From the NCBI GenBank assembly GCA_038248345.1, contig JBBRXO010000003.1:13546-77545 (forward strand): DNA of 64,000 bases, in the 5' to 3' direction. Position 1 is the first letter of the stretch. Every line of letters begins with the position of its first letter. The position numbers were made by a program, and so were the translations under genes. This DNA comes from Armatimonadota bacterium (GTDB lineage: Bacteria; Armatimonadota; Hebobacteria; CAIYQO01). The notes under the pieces were generated by a model. It searched no databases, had not been told where the DNA came from, and saw only the letters and a list, made by a program, of their open reading frames with translations. Shown here piece by piece: positions 50,291 to 59,165 of this stretch.

Positions 50291-52102
50291 ATGTCAACTG
50301 TAAATCTAATTATTAATGGAAAACAACTGGCCGTAGAAGAAGGCATTTCTGTGCTGGAAGCGGCCAAGCACAATAATATTCTGATCCCCCACTTGTGTTA
50401 CTTAGAGGGGGTTCATCAGATCGGCGCCTGTCGTGTATGTGTTGTGGAGATTGAAGGTGCGCGTACTTTGCAGGCCTCATGTTTGGTGCCAGTACGTGAG
50501 GGTATGGTGGTGAAGACCAACACCGACAAAGTGCGTAAAGCGCGCAAGGTGCTCTATGAACTGATGCTCTCCGACCATCCACGCGACTGCCTGAGCTGCT
50601 CGCGTAATCAAAACTGCGAGTTCCAGAAGCTGGGTGAGTTGATCCAGGTCACCGAATATCGCTTTGAAGGTGAGAAGTCGCGCGCCTTCCTGGATAGCTC
50701 CAGCCCATCCATTACGCGCGATACCTCCAAGTGTATTCTCTGCCGCAGGTGCATCACCGTCTGCAATGATATTCAAGGGGTGGGGGTGCTGAATGTGCAG
50801 AAACGTGGCTTTAAGACGGTCGTCGGCCCCGCTGATGAGTTGCCCTTGAATTCTGTGAACTGTGCCAATTGCGGGCAATGCACCGTTGTATGTCCGGTGG
50901 GGGCGCTCGTCGAGAAAGATGCCACGCAGCCGGTCTGGCAGGCACTGCTCGATCCAACGAAACGCGTTGTGGTGCAGACGGCTCCCGCTATCCGCGCCGC
51001 CCTGGGCGAGGAGTTCGGTTACCCGGCGGGCACGCTGGTGACGGGCAAAATGGCCACTGCGCTGCGCGAGATGGGCTTCGATGATGTCTTCGATACCAAC
51101 TTCACCGCTGACCTGACTATCCTGGAAGAAGGGCATGAACTGCTGCAGCGGGTAACGGCAGCATTAACCGGCGGACAAGCCTCGCTGCCGATGATCACCT
51201 CGTGCTCACCAGGCTGGATCAAGTATATCGAGCATGAATTCCCGCAACTGGTATCGCACCTGTCTACCTGCAAGTCGCCGCATATGATGCTGGGCGCGCT
51301 GGCAAAGTCCTACTACGCTGATAAAATAGGAGTGCCGGCGAAGGATATGTACGTGGTATCGGTAATGCCGTGTACGGCGAAGAAATATGAGATCAGCCGA
51401 CCGGAGATGTTCCTCGATGGTATGCCCACCGTGGACGCCGTCCTCACCACCCGAGAGCTGGCGCGCATGATCAAGGATGCGGGCATCTCCTTCGATACAC
51501 TGGAGGACTCGGAATTCGATAGCCCGCTGGGGTATTCCACCGGGGCTGCCGATATCTTCGGCACCACTGGCGGAGTGATGGAAGCCGCGCTACGCACTGT
51601 CTATGAAGTAGTGACTGGCCGTGAAGTGCCGTTCGCACATCTGGATATCACCCCGGTACGCGGGCTGTTCCAGGTGAAGGAAGCCTTCATTACTATCGAA
51701 GATGCCAAGCCGGAATTCGCCTTCCTCAATGGGGTAAGGGTAGGTATCGCTGTCACCAGCGGACTCTCCGGCGCGAAGAAGCTGATGCGGCAGATCGCCG
51801 ATGGTACCTCACCGTACCACTTCATTGAAGTGATGGGGTGCCCTAACGGTTGCATCAGCGGTGGTGGACAGCCACGACCGACGACCAATGCGATACGCAA
51901 AGCGCGTATGGAAGCCATCTACGCCGAAGACGCTGGCAAAGCCATGCGCAAATCGCACGAGAACCCCTTCGTCATCAATCTGTACGAGGAGTTCCTCGGT
52001 GAGCCGCTGGGACATAAATCCCACGAGCTACTGCATACGCACTATGTGAAACGTGGACGTTACAATGAATTGTGCAACTGTGATGAGGAAGAGCAGGAAT
52101 AG
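50291..52102 (+). CDS. hydA: [FeFe]-hydrogenase group A catalytic subunit (M3 type)
   Basis: H-cluster motifs TSCSPGW, MPCTAKKYE and EVMGCPNGCISGGGQP; N-terminal 2Fe-2S, His-ligated 4Fe-4S and 2x4Fe-4S. Confidence 0.97.
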   Translation: MSTVNLIINGKQLAVEEGISVLEAAKHNNILIPHLCYLEGVHQIGACRVCVVEIEGARTLQASCLVPVREGMVVKTNTDKVRKARKVLYELMLSDHPRDCLSCSRNQNCEFQKLGELIQVTEYRFEGEKSRAFLDSSSPSITRDTSKCILCRRCITVCNDIQGVGVLNVQKRGFKTVVGPADELPLNSVNCANCGQCTVVCPVGALVEKDATQPVWQALLDPTKRVVVQTAPAIRAALGEEFGYPAGTLVTGKMATALREMGFDDVFDTNFTADLTILEEGHELLQRVTAALTGGQASLPMITSCSPGWIKYIEHEFPQLVSHLSTCKSPHMMLGALAKSYYADKIGVPAKDMYVVSVMPCTAKKYEISRPEMFLDGMPTVDAVLTTRELARMIKDAGISFDTLEDSEFDSPLGYSTGAADIFGTTGGVMEAALRTVYEVVTGREVPFAHLDITPVRGLFQVKEAFITIEDAKPEFAFLNGVRVGIAVTSGLSGAKKLMRQIADGTSPYHFIEVMGCPNGCISGGGQPRPTTNAIRKARMEAIYAEDAGKAMRKSHENPFVINLYEEFLGEPLGHKSHELLHTHYVKRGRYNELCNCDEEEQE

Positions 52103-52116
52103 GATGATCAGGTATC

Positions 52117-52256
52117 CCTGGGAGTGCAGGCGTCCCGCCTGCCCGTGGTGTTCCGATTAAATTAATGGATTAAGAGATTCTACGTATATCATAATATGAA
52201 ATGCGTAGAATCTCTTAGTTCGTTTTCGGGGCAGGCGTCCCGCCTGCGCTCCCAGG
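52117..52256. repeat. REP-like inverted doublet (GGAG-headed) enclosing a long AT-rich hairpin
   Basis: CCTGGGAGTGCAGGCGTCCCGCCTGCCC ... GGGCAGGCGTCCCGCCTGCGCTCCCAGG; inner TAAGAGATTCTACG..CGTAGAATCTCTTA at 52171-52217. Confidence 0.8.
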
Positions 52257-52260
52257 TTAA

Positions 52261-53601
52261 TTATTTCGCTCCTGCTTTACGGAGCATAGCGGCGATATCC
52301 TGTTGTTTCGTTTCGTTGGCTAATTGTAGTGGTGTTTTATTGTCGGTAGTTTTGCTGTTGACGTCGGCTTTGCGGGCGATTAGCACTTCTAGCAGATCGC
52401 TTGCCCCCACCGTTACCGCCTTGTAGAGCAACGTCTGGCCGTCATTCCCTTTGGCGTTGATATCAGCGCCTTTTCCAACAAGGTAGTCGATAATATCTGT
52501 GCTGACTCCACCGAGTGGTATTTGTAGTAATGCAGTAGCGCCTTCATTATCAACAGAATTTACATTAGCACCCTTTGCGACCATATGTTTGATGATCTCG
52601 ATGGTGCCCATACCGGCGGCCAGTTGCAGTGGCGTGGTACCATATTTTGCTGGGGTATTCACGTCCTGCCCTTTGCCCAGCAGATAGTCAATTATCTCAA
52701 TATTCCCCGTGATTACTGCCTTATGTAGCGCAGAGTAGCCGAAGTCATTTTTTAGATCGAGCTTCGCCCCGTTTGCGATGAGTAACTCCAGGATATCTTT
52801 GCTACTGCCACAAGCTTCCATAAGGGGAGTATCGCCAGTTTCGGTGCGGCTATTGATATCAACTCCGCTGGCGTGTAATAGCTTAATTGATTCGATCGCC
52901 CCCGATTGTGCGGCGATATGCAGGGGATTCGCCCCTTCTTTGTTCACCTGTTGCGGGTTGGCGCCTTTTGCAAGTAATGCTTTCTCGATATCAATCGCGT
53001 TTTCTGCTGCTGCCATATGTAGTGGTGTGGCACCATTATGGTTTATGATATTCGGGTTGATAGTGGCCTTACTCAACAGATATTTCACCATTTCCAGTGA
53101 GTTGCGCTGCACGGCAAGGAGAAGCGGGGTGTTGCCGTCATCATCCTGCAGATTGATAAGCGCCTGATGCCCGAGTAGTATCTTCGCAGTTTCAATAGTA
53201 TTGTCGCCCTGTGCCGCGTAGTGCAACGGTGTCTGCCCCCGGTCATCCAATGGATCATTGGCTGCTCCGCGCGCCAGCAATAAATCCACGATTTCGCGTT
53301 TACCCGTCATGGCGGCGACATGTAGCGGGGTCTCGCCATTATAGCCACGGGCGTTAACACTGGCACCCTGGTCGATAAGGTACCCAACAATCTCTTTACT
53401 ACCAAAAAATGCCGCCCAGTGTATCGCCTGCTCTCCATTATTATCTTTTTCGAGCAGCAAGGCTGAAGTGGCTTTAAGGATTGTGGTAGTTCTCGCCAGG
53501 TCACCTGCCATGATGGCATCCTGCAAGTCATTCGCCCGGCACAGCGGCACCGCGCAGATGGTTACCACACAGAGTAACAACATCGAGATGCGTTTCAACA
53601 T
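52261..53601 (-). CDS. Secreted ankyrin-repeat protein (~12 repeats)
   Basis: AAGGAGG RBS before ATG 53601; signal peptide; repeated GxTPLHxAA. Confidence 0.92.
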   Translation of the reverse strand: MLKRISMLLLCVVTICAVPLCRANDLQDAIMAGDLARTTTILKATSALLLEKDNNGEQAIHWAAFFGSKEIVGYLIDQGASVNARGYNGETPLHVAAMTGKREIVDLLLARGAANDPLDDRGQTPLHYAAQGDNTIETAKILLGHQALINLQDDDGNTPLLLAVQRNSLEMVKYLLSKATINPNIINHNGATPLHMAAAENAIDIEKALLAKGANPQQVNKEGANPLHIAAQSGAIESIKLLHASGVDINSRTETGDTPLMEACGSSKDILELLIANGAKLDLKNDFGYSALHKAVITGNIEIIDYLLGKGQDVNTPAKYGTTPLQLAAGMGTIEIIKHMVAKGANVNSVDNEGATALLQIPLGGVSTDIIDYLVGKGADINAKGNDGQTLLYKAVTVGASDLLEVLIARKADVNSKTTDNKTPLQLANETKQQDIAAMLRKAGAK

Positions 53602-53645
53602 GATAGTCTCCTCCTTATTAACGTGGGCTATGCACACAACCAATT

Positions 53646-53741
53646 GTAGGGGCACAAGGCTTGTGCCCACGTCGTAACCACACCTTCAATCGGTCATATC
53701 TCCCATACCCCGTATAAAGGGCAAGTGCCATGTGCCCCTAC
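53646..53741. repeat. REP-like inverted doublet (GTAG-headed), copy 2
   Basis: GTAGGGGCACAAGGCTTGTGCCC ... GGGCAAGTGCCATGTGCCCCTAC; same arms as 5815-5903 with a different spacer. Confidence 0.85.
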
Positions 53742-53744
53742 AAA

Positions 53745-55193
53745 TTATTCCTCGTCCTGCATCTTGCGCGAGTGGCGGTTGCGGGGTTTGTTGTCGCCGC
53801 CGTCTTTGCCGCTACTCTCGCGGATGATAAAACGTACAGGTGTGCCCTCCAGCGAGAACTGCTTGCGGATCTGGTTCTCCAGGTAGCGTTCGGTGGAGAA
53901 GTGCAATAACGCCGGGTCATTGACGAAGAGCGCGAAAGTAGGTGGCTTGGTACTCACTTGTGTGCCGTAGTAAATCTTCAACATACGCCCGCGGCGTGAA
54001 GTTGGCTTCTCGAAAGTCGCCGCGGCCAGTAAGCGATTCAGCTCGCCGGTCTGGATACGCATGGAGTGCTGCTCAGCTACTTCCGTCACCGTGGTCAGCA
54101 GCTCATTCAGCCCTTTGCGCTTGGTAGTAGAGAGAAACACGATTGGGGCATAATTGGCGAAAATAAGCTCATGCCGAACATCGGTGGTGAACTCCTCCAA
54201 CAATTTTTTGCGCTCGCTGGTGCCCAATTGCTGCGTATCATCCAATCCTTCGGTACCGCGTGCCTTATTCAACACCAGATCCCACTTGTTCACCGCTATC
54301 ACCAGACCGCGCCCGTTCTCGTTGGCATATCCGGCGATGCGCTTGTCCTGGTCAGTCACGCCCTCGGTGGCGTCAATCATCATCACCACGATGTCGGAGC
54401 GGTCAATCGCGCTGAAAGCGCGGATAACGCTGTAGTATTCCACATCTGCGTTCACCTTACTTTTGCGGCGGATGCCGGCGGTATCAGTTATGACGAAGGG
54501 GATGTCATTCCAAGTATAGTCGGTATCCAGCGAGTCGCGCGTGGTGCCCGCTGTCGGGCTGACGATGGCGCGTTCCTCGTTGATCAAAGCATTCAGCAGC
54601 GAGGACTTGCCCACGTTGGGACGCCCCACTATGGTCATGCGCAGCCGCTCGTCCTCGTCGTCATCGGAGATGATCTCCGGCGGAGGAGGGAGCAGATCGC
54701 AGATGGTATCCAGCATGGTGTCGACATCCATACCGTGTAGCGCGGATATAGTGATAGGTTCACCAAAACCCAGCGAGTAGAATTCCAGCGCCTCATCCTT
54801 GCGCTGTTTGCTCTCTACTTTGTTTACCGTCAGCACTACCTTTTTACCGGTGCGCCGCAGCATCTCGGATATCTCCCGATCCTGGTGTGTCAGGCCATCG
54901 CGACCATCCACCAGGAAGACGATTACGTCCGCTTCCTCAATGGCGAAGGTCGCTTGACGGCGGATGTGGTCAGTAAATTCATCGTGACCGGTGTCGATGC
55001 CCCCGGTGTCGATAAGTACGAAAGGATGGCCGTACCACTCGCATTCAGCATACAGTCGGTCGCGCGTAACCCCCGGCTCCTCTTGAATTATAGCAATACG
55101 CCGCCCTGAGAGACGGTTAAACAATGTGGACTTCCCCACGTTAGGCCGCCCCACTATGGCGACAATCGGTCTAGCTTGTGCATATATCGGCAT
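53745..55193 (-). CDS. der: Ribosome biogenesis GTPase Der (EngA)
   Basis: Two GRPNVGKS domains, DTGG and DTAG, NKVE and NKWD, plus KH-like C-terminus. Confidence 0.98.
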   Translation of the reverse strand: MPIYAQARPIVAIVGRPNVGKSTLFNRLSGRRIAIIQEEPGVTRDRLYAECEWYGHPFVLIDTGGIDTGHDEFTDHIRRQATFAIEEADVIVFLVDGRDGLTHQDREISEMLRRTGKKVVLTVNKVESKQRKDEALEFYSLGFGEPITISALHGMDVDTMLDTICDLLPPPPEIISDDDEDERLRMTIVGRPNVGKSSLLNALINEERAIVSPTAGTTRDSLDTDYTWNDIPFVITDTAGIRRKSKVNADVEYYSVIRAFSAIDRSDIVVMMIDATEGVTDQDKRIAGYANENGRGLVIAVNKWDLVLNKARGTEGLDDTQQLGTSERKKLLEEFTTDVRHELIFANYAPIVFLSTTKRKGLNELLTTVTEVAEQHSMRIQTGELNRLLAAATFEKPTSRRGRMLKIYYGTQVSTKPPTFALFVNDPALLHFSTERYLENQIRKQFSLEGTPVRFIIRESSGKDGGDNKPRNRHSRKMQDEE

Positions 55194-55256
55194 ACATATA
55201 TTGTACCAGAGAATAGGGATGGGGGGAAATTGACGAATGGCACAATGTTGTTACCG

Positions 55257-55283
55257 CTGGGAGCGCACGCTTCCAGCGTACCC
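55257..55283. repeat. Single GGAG-headed REP-like palindrome
   Basis: CTGGGAGCGCACGCTTCCAGCGTACCC, same architecture as the 52117 arms. Confidence 0.55.
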
Positions 55284-55360
55284 GTAGCATGTGCGTTTCA
55301 ATATCATGAGGTCCTCGAATGATGCCCATGAGAATGGTCATTGGTAAGTCATATTTTTAC

Positions 55361-56326
55361 CTACTCTTTATTCTTCTCACCCTCAATAATCTTCGGCATC
55401 CCTTTGTCCCCGAAGAGTTGTCCCAGATTGGTGGCGGCTTCTACCCATTCTACCGGGAAGAGGACTACCGTGTTGCTGCTGTTGGGCCCGAGGCCATCTA
55501 TCGTCTGTAGGTAGCGCAGTTGCATGGCACCGGGGCTTTTGATCATCGTTTCTGCTGCTTGCGAGAGGTTGACGGCGGCGAGCATGTCGCCTTCCGCCTT
55601 GGTGATGGTGGCGCGCTTCTCGCGTTCGGCGCTGGCCTGGCGCGACATCATGCGCTTCAGGTCCTCGGGCAGTTCAATATCGAGCAGACGAATTGATTCC
55701 ACGTGCATGCCCCAGTCGCGAATATGCTTCTCCACGATGACGCCGATGCGTTCCTGTATCTGCTCGCGCTCTACCAGCAGATCATCGAGAGACAGACCAC
55801 CCACCACGTCGCGCAACGCCCCCTGCGCGTACTGGCTGATGGCGAACTGGTAGTCCTGCACCTTGGTCACCGCGCGTTCGGCATCGGTGATTGTGTAGAA
55901 TAGTGCAGCATCTATCTGCGCAGGCACGTTGTCCTTGGTGATGACCTTCTGCCGGGGGATGTTGAGCACCAGCGTGCGGGTATCAACGAAACGGATGTAG
56001 TCAAAGAAGGGTACCACGTAGATAATGCCCGGACCACGAATGCCGACGAAGTTACCCAACCGCAGCAAGACACCGCGCTCCCATTGCGCCGCTACGCGCA
56101 TGCCAGAGATGATTATCCAGGCGACGATTGCAGTGATAATGGTGATTATAATCGGCACGCTTTTATCCTCACCAACGGAACTGGTGAAAGCGATAATTGC
56201 CGTCAGGCCGACAACGATAACCCAGATGGCACCGCGCAGTGTTGTCCCCAGCGACATATGTGTTCCGGCCGGTTGAGCGAACTGGCGCATAGGCATGTTA
56301 AAAGAGAGCTGTGGCATTTCTGACAT
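55361..56326 (-). CDS. SPFH/band 7 (slipin/stomatin) protein
   Basis: QWERGVLLRLG..GPG, ITKDNV, LRDVVG and QASAEREKRA..AMQLRYLQT. Confidence 0.93.
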   Translation of the reverse strand: MSEMPQLSFNMPMRQFAQPAGTHMSLGTTLRGAIWVIVVGLTAIIAFTSSVGEDKSVPIIITIITAIVAWIIISGMRVAAQWERGVLLRLGNFVGIRGPGIIYVVPFFDYIRFVDTRTLVLNIPRQKVITKDNVPAQIDAALFYTITDAERAVTKVQDYQFAISQYAQGALRDVVGGLSLDDLLVEREQIQERIGVIVEKHIRDWGMHVESIRLLDIELPEDLKRMMSRQASAEREKRATITKAEGDMLAAVNLSQAAETMIKSPGAMQLRYLQTIDGLGPNSSNTVVLFPVEWVEAATNLGQLFGDKGMPKIIEGEKNKE

Positions 56327-56516
56327 TTTAGTTACACTCCTGTATGTAGAATGGCTAATCTAACAACATAAACTGATAATTGTCAAATTTATCCAGAATC
56401 TATTGTTGATTAATCGCTCATACCGCTCAAATGTTGACCGATTGAAGCAGTCTTATGGTATGCTTTTCCCAATATTATTCTGATTTCAATGCCCGTAATT
56501 GTTGGAGGATATGTCT

Positions 56517-57532
56517 ATGATTCCCAATCAGTGGTATATCGTCATGGATTCCAGCCAGATAAAGGTGCTCCCGGTGGGAGTCACTCGCATGGGGGAGAAG
56601 CTGGTCTGCTGGCGCAATATCAATGGAGCCGTGGTCTGCCTGCGCGACCAGTGTGTGCATCGCGGCGCGCAGCTATCCATTGGCGCCATCGTTAATCAGC
56701 GCCTGCAGTGTCCGTTCCATGGTCTGGAATATGACTCTTCGGGCAGAGTTACTATCATCCCGGCGAATGGTAAAAATGCTCCTGTGCCTGAGCAGTTCAA
56801 GGTTCACTGCTACACAACCTTTGAAGCGCACAACTTCATCTGGATATGGTGGGGTGAGAATCCGCCTGCCAAATTGGAACCCCCACGTTTCTTTGACGAT
56901 ATCGATGATGGATTCCCCTACAGTCAGTTCTGTGATCCCTGGGTGATCCATTATTCCCGCGCGATAGAGAACCAGCTCGATGTGGCGCATCTACCCTTTG
57001 TTCATTACGATACCATCGGACGGGGAGGACAAACACTGGTAGAGGGCCCGGGGTTGCAATGGACAGAGGACAACATGATGTTTCTGTATGTCTTTAACAA
57101 GCGAGATGACGGGATTAAACCGCGTAAGCCCAGCGAGGTGCCAGTGCCTGACCCGGATAAAGAGTTCAAGCTGGAGTTCATTTTTCCCAATCTATGGCAG
57201 AATTAATCAGCAAGCAGATGCGCATAGTGCTGGCTTTTGTGCCGGTGGATGATGAGCACACTAGTTTCTACCTTCGCTCCTGCTAGGATGTTACCCGGGT
57301 GCCGGTGTTTAGTCATATTCTCGCCTGGATCACCCAACAATATAGCCGAAAGATCGCCCACCAGGATCGTCGAGTGGCCAGCACGCAGGAGCCACGCATC
57401 TCTGGTCTGCACATTGGTGAATCCCTCTTTCATGCCGATTGGCCGATCATCGAATATCGACGAAGACGGCAGGAATTGCAGGAGGAAACCCTGCTCGGAG
57501 GATTGAAGAAGTCTGATATCTTGCATTATTAG
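56517..57532 (+). pseudogene. Rieske non-heme iron oxygenase (VanA-like alpha subunit) with a frameshift and a nonsense codon
   Basis: CVHRG..CPFHG Rieske and ENQLDVAHLPFVH; 1-nt deletion at ~57204, frame resumes ISKQMRIVLAFVPVDDEHT, TAG at 57284-57286, then ..HQDRRV..ADWPIIEYRRRR. Confidence 0.85.
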
Positions 57533-57574
57533 CGATTTGTGATAATATATAGCTGTGAGTCAGTGATTCACTGA

Positions 57575-58510
57575 ATGAATATGATGTTTATGTACAGAAA
57601 AATTGCAGTTTTACTGGCGGTAATGACGTTGGCGATTATATGTCATGCGTCTGATCTGGTGCAGTCGGTGCCATTTGATGCGCCCGCTTATAAGCAGATG
57701 CGAACGTTGGCCCATGCGGGGATGCTAGCGGACGCGGATAGCGTGCGCCTGCTCGTCAATAGCGACAATCCGTTACGCAAATTAACCAGATATGATTTCG
57801 CGCTAGCATTGCTAGAGCCGATGGAACAGTTGACGGCGCTGGTGGAATGCCAAGATACGTTGCAACCTGCACCAGAATTGCGACGTCGACGTGACCAGGC
57901 GTTAGATGTGGCGAAACGCCTGAATGGGGATGAATTCAATGCATTGCTGTTGTCGATCACACAACTGAGTAAAGAATTCAACGATACTATCGCGGAGATA
58001 TCCCCTGCCTTACCGGCGCGGGCTGATTCCGCATTAACGAAATTAGCAGGGACGAAGTACCGCACGTGGCTTAACCCCGTCACCCCACCTGTTGTAGAAG
58101 GTGCATTACCGGTAATCCATTTACGGGTAACGCCGACGACTATCGGTGGTGATCCGAGTATGACATCATTGCTTATCAGTCCCAGCCGTGCTGATGATGC
58201 TGCGCGTCTGATGTTCGCGCCCACTCCAGGATTGAGCAATGGAGTGACATCACGCACCCCAATGAATAGCTTTGAGGCGGCGGTGGATGCTACTCTAGGA
58301 CAATTCAGACTCTATGGTATGCTGGGTAGTGCGGCGGGCAATAATATGGCCGTCCCATCAAAAGCGGGTGTCGGTATGGAAATTGGCCTGGGGCGAATCT
58401 ACGCGTTGGGCATCACCGGTATCCTGGAGTACCATATCTCTCGGGGCACTGCACCAGGTATGCAGGATATCAACGCAGGTGCAGTGGGCGGTATCGGGGT
58501 TAAGTGGTAG
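57575..58510 (+). CDS. Secreted protein with a divergent SLH-like N-terminus and C-terminal amphipathic beta-strands
   Basis: Signal peptide; VPFDAPAY..L..AGML..LTRYDFALAL (SLH-like), LSKEFNDTI, and ends GGIGVKW. Confidence 0.6.
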   Translation: MNMMFMYRKIAVLLAVMTLAIICHASDLVQSVPFDAPAYKQMRTLAHAGMLADADSVRLLVNSDNPLRKLTRYDFALALLEPMEQLTALVECQDTLQPAPELRRRRDQALDVAKRLNGDEFNALLLSITQLSKEFNDTIAEISPALPARADSALTKLAGTKYRTWLNPVTPPVVEGALPVIHLRVTPTTIGGDPSMTSLLISPSRADDAARLMFAPTPGLSNGVTSRTPMNSFEAAVDATLGQFRLYGMLGSAAGNNMAVPSKAGVGMEIGLGRIYALGITGILEYHISRGTAPGMQDINAGAVGGIGVKW

Positions 58511-58514
58511 CAGC

Positions 58515-59114
58515 TTATTTGCGAATGCCGCGGTAGACTCGGAATCCGCTCCCTTGTCCTACCTGGGTTACTTCACTCAAATTCCTTGCCATCTCGGCGG
58601 CAAATGTTTTGGCGCCTTGTTTGGTACGCGCCACCAGGTAGAATCTTCCTCCCGGCACCAGATGCGCGGTTGATTCAGCGATAAGTGTAAAGACTAGCGC
58701 GTTGCCGGTGCGGATAGGTGGGTTTGTCAGTATGACATCGAAGAGTTCCCCCGCTACCGGAGTCAGATTTTCCCCTTGCCGGATCTCGCAATTGTGAACG
58801 CCATTTGATTCCAGATTTCGTCGTGCGAGGGTTATCGCTCGTTCGTTAGGATCGGTGAGGATAATGTGCGCAGTAGGATTTAGTTTGGCAGCGAGAATGC
58901 CGATAACTCCGTAGCCGCACCCTAGATCGAGCACCTTCTCCGCACCAGCAACATCCATTGCCAGGATCATCTCCCGTGAACCCTTATCGGTATGCCCACG
59001 CGAAAAGACACCGTGGTCGGTCCACATCTTAAATTCAATCCCGCGCAACTCATCGTGGTATATTTCTGGTCTGCTTAACGAGATTGGCGTCTCACTAAAG
59101 TAATGATCTGTCAT
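58515..59114 (-). CDS. Class I SAM methyltransferase (RsmC/MTS-like)
   Basis: MTDHYFS, GVFS..DKGS, LDLGCGYG, TNPPIRTG and KQGA. Confidence 0.9.
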   Translation of the reverse strand: MTDHYFSETPISLSRPEIYHDELRGIEFKMWTDHGVFSRGHTDKGSREMILAMDVAGAEKVLDLGCGYGVIGILAAKLNPTAHIILTDPNERAITLARRNLESNGVHNCEIRQGENLTPVAGELFDVILTNPPIRTGNALVFTLIAESTAHLVPGGRFYLVARTKQGAKTFAAEMARNLSEVTQVGQGSGFRVYRGIRK

Positions 59115-59165
59115 TAGTTTATTATACGGTATCAGGGTGATAGTTCCAAGAGCGCAGATGGCATT

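Noticed and set aside
5815..55283. CRISPR array
   Set aside because: Repeats are dispersed inverted pairs, not direct repeats with regular spacers, and there are no cas genes
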